Shown piece after piece: positions 25,319 through 32,000 of a stretch of 32,000 nt of DNA. The position numbers were made by a program, and so were the translations under genes. The notes under the pieces were generated by a model that was not told the DNA's origin, made no database searches, and saw nothing but the letters and a program-made list of their open reading frames with translations. Origin of the DNA: Nonlabens ponticola (GTDB lineage: Bacteria; Bacteroidota; Bacteroidia; Flavobacteriales; Flavobacteriaceae); contig NZ_CP034549.1 of assembly GCF_003966335.1 (NCBI RefSeq), positions 2,790,001-2,822,000 on the forward strand. The letters are read 5' to 3'. How positions within the stretch are numbered: position 1 is the stretch's first letter; each line of letters opens with the position of its first letter.

Positions 25319-25945
25319 ATGCGTGAGTTGGCTCAAAGCTACTTTAAAAAAGATACTTTCGCATCATATCTTTACCACGTGACCCATCGCCAAAAGCAAA
25401 TTTTTAAGACCGCAGCCGTGCTTTTTAAAGAACGCGGTTACAGCGCCGTGACCATGCGTGATGTCGCGGCAGCTATGAATATCAAGGCAGCAAGCTTGTA
25501 CAATCACATATCTGGGAAACACGAGATTTTAGCCAGCCTTGTTCTTGAGGTGGCTCATAAGTTCTCAAGTGGTATGCATGCAGTACGGTTGGATGGTGAT
25601 TCCGCTTTTGCGAAAGCTGAAAAACTTATAGATCTACACATACAAATTGCCGTTGATCATACAAATGCACTCGCGGTTCTCAATACTGACTGGATGCATC
25701 TAGAGGGCAAGACATATGAGGAATACATCGCTTTGCGCAAAAAGTATGAGCAGGATTTTAAAGAAATTCTAGAACAAGGGATAGCCAGTAGTGAATTTAA
25801 AAAGATGAATGTGGATACTATGCTTTTCAATCTTCTCAGCACATTGCGATCCATTTACCTATGGATACCAAAAAAATCGACCACGCAAGTGGCCGATTTA
25901 AAGAATGAACTTCCTGTCATCTTGTTGACTGGAATAAGTAACTAG
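25319..25945 (+). CDS. TetR/AcrR family transcriptional regulator
   Basis: N-terminal HTH (AVTMRDVAAAMNIKAASLYNHI). ATG 25319 lies 2 bp from the divergent hydroxylase start, so in-frame GTG 25379 is a plausible true start. Confidence 0.85.
   Translation: MRELAQSYFKKDTFASYLYHVTHRQKQIFKTAAVLFKERGYSAVTMRDVAAAMNIKAASLYNHISGKHEILASLVLEVAHKFSSGMHAVRLDGDSAFAKAEKLIDLHIQIAVDHTNALAVLNTDWMHLEGKTYEEYIALRKKYEQDFKEILEQGIASSEFKKMNVDTMLFNLLSTLRSIYLWIPKKSTTQVADLKNELPVILLTGISN
25604..25617. repeat. decayed palindrome copy GCTTTTGCGAAAGC (inside the TetR gene)
   Basis: 13/14 match with the same C->T change as 14419. The 26-nt block 25597-25622 matches the ftsZ copy (reverse complement of 31645-31670) with 1 mismatch. 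Confidence 0.75.
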
Positions 25946-27054
25946 TTTGCTTTTTGCTCTTCTAGCGTTGGGTAATCTGTGTAGCCTTCACGACCTGTAC
26001 TGTAGAAAGTTTCTTGATTCCAGTCAGCGGTTTCTGCCTTGAGTTCAAAACGGTGTACGAGATCTGGATTTGAGATAAACAGCTTGCCGTAAGCGACACA
26101 ATCTGCATGACCACTCTCAATTACGGCATTACCTGATTCTCTATCAAACTCGTTGTTTATCATCAAATTGCCATCATACATGGGTCTAAAGTGTTGGGCA
26201 ATGTCAGTCACTAGAAAATCAACATCGCTCACATCTGTAAATGGCTCGCTCAAATGAATATAAGCTAGTTTGTGTGGGTTCAATCTTTTGATCAAATACT
26301 CAAAAAACGGAATGGTATCAGGCGTCGCCTCGATTCCAAAAGTGCCGTGCAGCGATGGATTGAATCGGCAGCCTATGTGACCTTCAGGGAAATGTTGTTT
26401 TACGGCATCTAATACCTCAAAGAAAAAGCGTGCTCTATTCTCGTGAGAACCACCATACTTGTCGTCTCTCAAGTTTGCATTCTTATTGAAGAACTGATGA
26501 ATTAAATACCCATTAGAACTATGAATTTCTACACCATCAAATCCAGCGCGGTAGGCTCGTCCAGCGGCATCACCAAAACTCTCTACCACCATTTGAATTT
26601 CTTCATAGGTCATCGCGTGTGGTTCTACCGTTTGTTGCTTATCGCCTTTAGGGCCGCGCATTTCTGCATTAGGGTTGACTGCGCTTGGTGCCCACGGTTT
26701 TTTACCATCATGAAAGTCTGGTAGCGACATTCTACCTACATGCCATAACTGTAAGAATATTTTACCACCTTCATCGTGCACACTGTCAACCACACGTTTC
26801 CAACCAGCTTCTTGCTGGTCGTTGAAGATTCCTGCGACGTTGTAATAACCTCTTGCGCCGCGAGCAACCTCGCTACCTTCAGTAATAATGAGACCAGCGC
26901 CAGCGCGCTGAGTGTAGTAATCTACATGCTTTTGTTCTGGAGATTGGTGTTCATTATCGGCACGACATCTGGTCATGGGTGCCATGATGACGCGATTCTT
27001 AAGTTTTACGCTTCCTAGACTTATGGGTTGTAGTAATGGTTGATCTATGCTCAT
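25942..27054 (-). CDS. NADH:flavin oxidoreductase, Old Yellow Enzyme family
   Basis: APMTRCRA and HSSNGYLIHQF motifs. The ORF is open to 27099, but MSIDQPLLQP (ATG 27054) fits the family N-terminus. The stop overlaps the TetR stop by 4 nt (convergent genes). Confidence 0.88.
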   Translation of the reverse strand: MSIDQPLLQPISLGSVKLKNRVIMAPMTRCRADNEHQSPEQKHVDYYTQRAGAGLIITEGSEVARGARGYYNVAGIFNDQQEAGWKRVVDSVHDEGGKIFLQLWHVGRMSLPDFHDGKKPWAPSAVNPNAEMRGPKGDKQQTVEPHAMTYEEIQMVVESFGDAAGRAYRAGFDGVEIHSSNGYLIHQFFNKNANLRDDKYGGSHENRARFFFEVLDAVKQHFPEGHIGCRFNPSLHGTFGIEATPDTIPFFEYLIKRLNPHKLAYIHLSEPFTDVSDVDFLVTDIAQHFRPMYDGNLMINNEFDRESGNAVIESGHADCVAYGKLFISNPDLVHRFELKAETADWNQETFYSTGREGYTDYPTLEEQKAN

Positions 27055-27162
27055 GTTTTTTATTTTCAAGTTAAGCCAGCCATAAGCGATGTATGCCAAT
27101 CTAGCGTTAAACGCAGCCTTTGTAATTGTTAAGGTAATTCTGGTAATCTCGTACGCACGGAT

Positions 27163-27402
27163 TTAGGTCATCTGTGGACGATACCTATAACAATGCACGA
27201 TCATAAGTATCTTAATGTTTGAAAACAATCCACGATACATAAAGGTAGAGATGGAAATACTTTTAAAAAGAAAGCCGCCATCACGAGACATATCATGCTC
27301 TTGATGTTTAACATCGATGTACCGAAAAATTGACGAATTCATTTGGTAAAGGTTTGCTGTCTTAAAACACCAGGCTTGAAAAGACTGGCAGCGTATTTGC
27401 AA
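27163..27402 (-). pseudogene. MFS transporter C-terminal fragment (truncated paralog of 28533-29879)
   Basis: GGFLFKSISISTFMYRGLFSNIKILMIVHCYRY aligns with GGILFETITTYTFLMGGGLFLIITILMIVHRYRH of the intact gene. The 28-nt block 27184-27211 is 27/28 identical to 28581-28608. No N-terminal part is present. Confidence 0.65.
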
Positions 27403-27429
27403 AAAGGAGCGCGACGAGGATCTAAATTT

Positions 27430-27455
27430 AATCCTACTATGGTCACGAATGAATA
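27430..27455 (+). repeat. inverted, diverged copy of the tRNA-Arg 3' end plus its flank
   Basis: AATCCT-ACTAT-GGTCACGAATGAATA compared with the minus-strand sequence AATCCT-GTCGA-GGTCACGAATGAATA at 17717-17742. The 15-mer at 27441-27455 is the exact reverse complement of 17717-17731. Confidence 0.55.
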
Positions 27456-27900
27456 TTTCAATAGTGATAGAAAACTCGTTTTCACACTGAACCTAAAATC
27501 TTTTTTTTCTATCACAAACTTGACAGTCATAAATAAGAGTAGATCTTGTGACACTACTGAGAGTGTGGCTTGCTTACGGCATTTAATAAATTTTAACAAC
27601 TTTATTAAATAAATTGTTAGTTCCTACTAACAATGCACTTGCTATAGCAAATGGAGACATGTTGATTCATACCTTATCAACTTTATGAATGATAACCATC
27701 CAGTACGTATTCTAAAGAAAAAATTGCTGACTATAGATAAAGTACTGTTTACCAGTATTTTAACCAATGATAATAATATCGATAAAAGTTATGTATCGTG
27801 TTGAAAAACTTGCTTAAACGCGTATTATATCGATAAATTAGTTTTCAACGAATTGTAAAAAATCAAATACTATATCATTGTAAATCAGAAGATAAGATGT

Positions 27901-28482
27901 ATGAAGTATATAGCTAAATTATTCTTTATTGCTGTTATGACGACTAATGCACAAGTTGGCATCAACACATCAACACCACAAGAATCCCTGCATGTAGCAG
28001 GTACAGTGCGCATAGAAACAACAAATCAAGCTTCGGTGAAGACTACAAAGCTTTTTGGACTTAATGATGACGGCACGTTGAGAGAAATAGAGGTAGGAGA
28101 AAACTTAGTGCTTACTAATAATGTCCTGCACGCAAGACCTTATGATCATTCATTTGGGCAAATAAATTTGACCGTAAAAGATAATAACAATGTGGACCTA
28201 TTACTCGACCCAGGAGAGGCCAACTTTGGAAAAACAATAATAAGAGTGAACAATTCTTCAGGTGAATCTCAAATTACAGGCTTCACAGATGGCTACGATG
28301 GACAGCATATTTGGCTTTATGCAGTCTCTGGAACTCTAAAACTAATTCCCAACGATACTGGTTCCAGCAATGGTAACCAGATTGAAGTCAATGAAAAACC
28401 TGCTGCAAAATTGTGGGCTATGATTGAAGTAATTTATGATGGTACCCGTGGCAAATGGATTATAATGCAGAGTCATGCTTAA
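27901..28482 (+). CDS. hypothetical secreted protein
   Basis: 193 aa. Signal peptide ending in AQ-VGINTSTPQESLHV, an N-terminal pattern I recall from uncharacterised Bacteroidota surface proteins. No catalytic motif recognised. Confidence 0.6.
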   Translation: MKYIAKLFFIAVMTTNAQVGINTSTPQESLHVAGTVRIETTNQASVKTTKLFGLNDDGTLREIEVGENLVLTNNVLHARPYDHSFGQINLTVKDNNNVDLLLDPGEANFGKTIIRVNNSSGESQITGFTDGYDGQHIWLYAVSGTLKLIPNDTGSSNGNQIEVNEKPAAKLWAMIEVIYDGTRGKWIIMQSHA

Positions 28483-28532
28483 TAATGCATTCAGGTAATT
28501 AGTTATTTGAAAGGATTAAGGCTGCTTGAATT

Positions 28533-29879
28533 TCATGTTACAACTACATCAGCGGTCTCCGTCTTAAGATCATCCTTATGCCTATAACGATGCACGATCA
28601 TAAGTATCGTGATAATCAAGAATAATCCACCACCCATAAGAAAGGTGTAGGTAGTTATGGTCTCAAAAAGAATACCACCCATGACCAGGCCTATCATGCT
28701 GGCGATGCTGCCCATGGATGTTCCAAAACCTTGAATGGTTCCTTGCGTTTTCTTAGTTCCTGTAGCCGACAATAAGCTCAAGAAACTAGGCCACATCAAT
28801 CCGTTACCTATGGATAGAATGGTGTTAGCTACATAGAGCATGACGATACTCTCAAAAGTCAATAAACTAAAACTGATGGCTAGACATAGTGATCCAATCA
28901 AAACTAATGTGTGACTGTTGATACGCTTGGAAAGCCAATTTAAAATTGGACCTTGTACCACCACCATGATCAAACTAGAATAAGCTAGAAAAATTCCTAG
29001 TTCAATTGCTGTCCAATCCAGCAAGGTATTTGCATAAATCGGCAGCCCAGCATAAAACAGACTGAACGCAAAAAAGGTCAAAAAGTAAATACTGAACAGC
29101 AGCGGTATTCCAGATATTTTGATGATTCTTTTGAAAGCAACAGCATCTTCATCTTGCTGCTCTTCTTCACCTTCGGTATAACAGTCTTTATGTTCTACCT
29201 GAAAAAATCTTCTGATATTTCTCAGGCTTATTTTTCTGGTATCTACCGCGCATGGATTGCTTTCTTCAAGCCTGTAATGGATCACGAAGATTGCAATCAA
29301 TGAGATGATTGCGGCTATGATGATGGGTAGCAACTCCTCAAGAAATGTTGTGGCTAACAATCCTGCCACCGCTGGTCCTAAGACAAATCCCAAGCTGGTG
29401 CTGGCGCCCATCTTCCCAAAATTTGAATTGCGATTCTCGTCATCAGAGATATCAGAGAGATAGGCATTTGCTACAGATACATTGCCACCGGTAAAACCAT
29501 CAAAGATCCTTGCGATAAAAATCACGATCAGCGGCAAGGTCATCACATAGTTTCCAGTAATTTCTGATTCTTGTGACCATAGGTCTGTTTCTGGAAGCAA
29601 GAAGGCTAGGATGAACAAAGACCAGGCGAGAAAAGTTCCTGCCTGCGAGATGATCAAAACCTTCTTACGCCCTATGCGGTCTGATAATTTTCCTAAAATA
29701 GGTGCACCTATAAACTGAAAAAACGGATACATCGCACCTAGAATCCCGTAAATAAAACCATTGCCGCCAAAGTCTGTAACAATGTAAATGAGAATAGGAA
29801 TAACAACACTATAGCCTAATATCCCAATAAAATTGACCATTAAAATCGGGAAGATCTTTGACCTTAATAATGATGCCAT
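28533..29879 (-). CDS. MFS transporter (drug:H+ antiporter-like)
   Basis: 448 aa with about 12 hydrophobic segments. MFS motif A GKLSDRIGRKK. Acidic central loop. Confidence 0.88.
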   Translation of the reverse strand: MASLLRSKIFPILMVNFIGILGYSVVIPILIYIVTDFGGNGFIYGILGAMYPFFQFIGAPILGKLSDRIGRKKVLIISQAGTFLAWSLFILAFLLPETDLWSQESEITGNYVMTLPLIVIFIARIFDGFTGGNVSVANAYLSDISDDENRNSNFGKMGASTSLGFVLGPAVAGLLATTFLEELLPIIIAAIISLIAIFVIHYRLEESNPCAVDTRKISLRNIRRFFQVEHKDCYTEGEEEQQDEDAVAFKRIIKISGIPLLFSIYFLTFFAFSLFYAGLPIYANTLLDWTAIELGIFLAYSSLIMVVVQGPILNWLSKRINSHTLVLIGSLCLAISFSLLTFESIVMLYVANTILSIGNGLMWPSFLSLLSATGTKKTQGTIQGFGTSMGSIASMIGLVMGGILFETITTYTFLMGGGLFLIITILMIVHRYRHKDDLKTETADVVVT

Positions 29880-29952
29880 AAAGCGTGTACTTGACCTTAA
29901 AGATACTCATTGTCAGAGTGAGCTAATCAACCTTGCAAAAAGGTAAAACTAG

Positions 29953-30216
29953 TTATCTATCTTTTAATTCCTCAAGGTATTTGTGCCATACCTTTTCTGC
30001 TTCTTTCATGTCATCATTGCGATGTGGATGATGCTTGGAACGCTGTTCCATGGTAACACAAATTTGCTTGCCATGCGCGAGATCGATCTCTCCTTCATCG
30101 AGCAGTCTCTCAACTTTTTCCACGCTTTCTTCGGCTTTTTCTTTATCCTTGAAGCCTAAGCCTTCGACGGTGCTTGCTGGGTTATCGTCTGTGTAAAGGT
30201 TTTCTGATTTTGACAT
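29953..30216 (-). CDS. small conserved hypothetical protein
   Basis: 87-aa charged, helical ORF with no competing frame. Family uncertain. Confidence 0.55.
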   Translation of the reverse strand: MSKSENLYTDDNPASTVEGLGFKDKEKAEESVEKVERLLDEGEIDLAHGKQICVTMEQRSKHHPHRNDDMKEAEKVWHKYLEELKDR

Positions 30217-30293
30217 TTTTTATTTTCAAGCTACAAACAAACCCAAAATCTGAACTTCTACTTTTCAGACATTTAACGTGAGGCAATAAAAAA

Positions 30294-30314
30294 GGCCTCT
30301 GAAATTCAGAAGCC
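30294..30314 (-). terminator. intrinsic terminator after yqeY
   Basis: Minus strand GGCTTCTGAA-T-TTCAGAGGCC, with one G-U pair, followed by TTTTTT (plus-strand A-run 30286-30293). Confidence 0.7.
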
Positions 30315-30336
30315 CTTATCACTTTACTTGTTCGAT

Positions 30337-30786
30337 CTATGAATTCAGTTTTTGCTTGACGATGGTGCTTATCGTGCGACCATCTGCCTTACCTGCCAGC
30401 AATTGATTTGCTCTGCCCATGACTTTACCCATGTCTTTCATTCCATTAGCACCAGTTTCATCTATGACTTGTTGCACGACTGTAGCAATCTCGTCTTCAG
30501 ACATTTGCTCTGGTAGGAATTGCTCTAGTACTGCAGCTTGCGCTAGCTCTGGTTCTGCGAGATCATTGCGGTCTTGCTCAGTAAAGATTCTTGCGCTGTC
30601 TTTTCGTTGTTTTACCAACTTCTGGACGAGTTTTATCTCTTGCTCTTCACTTAACTCTGCCGCGTCACCCGATGTTTTAGCAAGCAATAGCTCACTCTTT
30701 ACAGCTCTTAGTGATGCAAGCGCTACTTGATCCTTACTTTTCATGGCCTCTTTCAAGGCTGTCATGACTTTCTTTTCTAAACTCAT
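30337..30786 (-). CDS. yqeY: GatB/YqeY domain-containing protein
   Basis: 149 aa. An N-terminal KEAMKSKD...LR.VKSE pattern and the length are typical of the YqeY family. Confidence 0.85.
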   Translation of the reverse strand: MSLEKKVMTALKEAMKSKDQVALASLRAVKSELLLAKTSGDAAELSEEQEIKLVQKLVKQRKDSARIFTEQDRNDLAEPELAQAAVLEQFLPEQMSEDEIATVVQQVIDETGANGMKDMGKVMGRANQLLAGKADGRTISTIVKQKLNS

Positions 30787-30823
30787 TTCTTCAATTTCTA
30801 ATTATTAGCAACAATCAAATACA

Positions 30824-32000
30824 TCAATCTGGATTGTCGTGCAAAAAGGAATTATTGTTAGATCGCAACTGGATCTCATTGTTCTCATCAGTATTCAAGG
30901 TGGTTCTTGAGATCGAGGTTCCCGATGGATTCTCGTCTAGCTCTACACCATGACGCTGAAATGCAGGCTTGCTTTCAAGCTCTTCTAACCTGTGTGTTGA
31001 TTTAAACTTGAAGTTATAGGCATGCATTTTTCTCTTGCGCTCTTCCGCTCTCAATTTCAACACCTCATTGATAGGCATCTCAGTTGGATCTAATTCTTGA
31101 TCAACAGGTTGAATTGTGGCTGGCGCAGGTGCTTCTGTGACCTTTTTGGTCATGATTTCAACCTCAGCTTGCTCATTTTTTGTTGGCTGTGCTGCGTTCA
31201 AGTTTTCCTCAACTTCCATGTAATCGTCTAGTGAGTACTTGCGTATTCCATCATCGGAAACCTCGGTCACTGGGATCACTTCAACGGCATCATTGACCTC
31301 GATATCCTCTAATTGGTAGGTGATTTTATCTTCTGGTGCATTTGCGTTCTCATCCTCATGCAGCGGCATATCAAAGTCAAAAAGGATTTGTTCCTTTACC
31401 TCAATTTGATCTTCTTCCTGTGGCTGCGTTGCTACTGGTTCTTCTTCTCTTATCGTATAATTGATGGCATCTTGATCCAGCACCTCATCATAAACGACGT
31501 TCAGATTCTTGATAAATTCAGTCGTTGGGATCAATGGATTTTCCATGACTGGTGGCATGATCTCTTCTGGCTCTTCATCGCCTAGCTCGTGCAATATGAT
31601 GACTGGTTCCTCGACCTTTTTTATTGGTTGTGATGGTTGTGGTGTTTCAGCTTTCGCGAAAGCGGAATCATCAACATTATCTTCTTCCTGATCGTCTTGA
31701 TCCATAATCAATTTGCCTGGTTGCACGTTGCCATTACCGTTGTCCAACACCTGTGTGGTGCGCTGCTCTTCTTCCAGCGTGTGGATGATGCGACGCGTCT
31801 CTGTATTTGATATCTCATTTTGCTGTTCTGCATCAAAGCCTGTGGCAATAACAGTCACCGCGATGGCATCACCTAATGATTCTTCCTCGCCTACACCCAT
31901 GATGATGTTTGCGCCGCCGCCGGCCTCGTTCTGGATATGCTCGTTGATCTCACCTATCTCGTCAATTGTGATCTCCTCAGTTCCAGAAACAATGAGTAGC
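30824..32000 (-). CDS. ftsZ: cell division protein FtsZ (3' part; 5' end lies beyond the window)
   Basis: The frame is open to the window edge. It reads ...EITIDEIGEINEHIQNEAGGGANIIMGVGEEESLGDAIAVTVIATGF, then a roughly 300-aa acidic linker and a conserved C-terminal peptide (NNSFLHDNPD). Confidence 0.92.
   Translation of the reverse strand, partial: LLIVSGTEEITIDEIGEINEHIQNEAGGGANIIMGVGEEESLGDAIAVTVIATGFDAEQQNEISNTETRRIIHTLEEEQRTTQVLDNGNGNVQPGKLIMDQDDQEEDNVDDSAFAKAETPQPSQPIKKVEEPVIILHELGDEEPEEIMPPVMENPLIPTTEFIKNLNVVYDEVLDQDAINYTIREEEPVATQPQEEDQIEVKEQILFDFDMPLHEDENANAPEDKITYQLEDIEVNDAVEVIPVTEVSDDGIRKYSLDDYMEVEENLNAAQPTKNEQAEVEIMTKKVTEAPAPATIQPVDQELDPTEMPINEVLKLRAEERKRKMHAYNFKFKSTHRLEELESKPAFQRHGVELDENPSGTSISRTTLNTDENNEIQLRSNNNSFLHDNPD
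31650..31663. repeat. iterated palindrome copy 11 (ftsZ linker, read as AFAKA)
   Basis: Exact 14-mer. Confidence 0.95.

Noticed and set aside
27339-27612. Overlapping 86-aa (minus) and 89-aa (plus) ORFs in the AT-rich spacer
   Set aside because: The two mutually overlapping frames lie in degraded sequence. The plus-strand ORF reads through the tRNA-junction copy. A short SFLSLL match of the minus-strand ORF to the MFS protein uses different Ser codons and is too weak to extend the pseudogene call.
21017-30336. The 21-30 kb block could be a genomic island or defence island
   Set aside because: I recognised no integrase, transposase, phage, toxin-antitoxin, restriction or other defence gene. 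Only the att-like scars hint at past mobility, so I report the scars and do not call an island.

Overview
AT-rich chromosomal segment that looks like Bacteroidota, probably Flavobacteriaceae. This is inferred from absent Shine-Dalgarno sequences, TAnnTTTG-type -7 boxes, fused hisB and hisIE, and an FtsZ with a long acidic tail. Gene order: msrA; asnB; a complete trp operon (trpE, an embedded lipoprotein gene, trpG-D-C-F-B-A); a complete his operon (hisG-D-C-B-H-A-F-IE); tRNA-Arg(TCG); a 1050-aa secreted BNR/Asp-box protein; a mixed redox/aromatic cluster (two AhpD/CMD-like paralogs, AraC regulator, rhodanese, long-form aromatic amino-acid hydroxylase, TetR regulator, Old-Yellow-Enzyme reductase); an MFS-transporter fragment; a small secreted protein; an intact MFS transporter; a small conserved ORF; yqeY; and the 3' part of ftsZ. 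I found no transposase, integrase, CRISPR array or recognisable defence gene. The unusual content is non-genic. (1) The 14-bp perfect palindrome GCTTTCGCGAAAGC occurs 11 times exactly and twice in decayed form, inside unrelated housekeeping genes and in spacers. Ten consecutive copies are spaced a regular 2.0-2.7 kb apart. (2) Three leader-peptide attenuators precede asnB (Asn-rich, apparently undescribed), trp (WWW) and his (HHHH). (3) A population of short GC-rich hairpin modules is shared between coding and non-coding sites and is associated with in-frame expansions of his enzymes. (4) There are recombination scars: three direct copies and one inverted copy of the tRNA-Arg 3' end, and a duplicated MFS 3' end.
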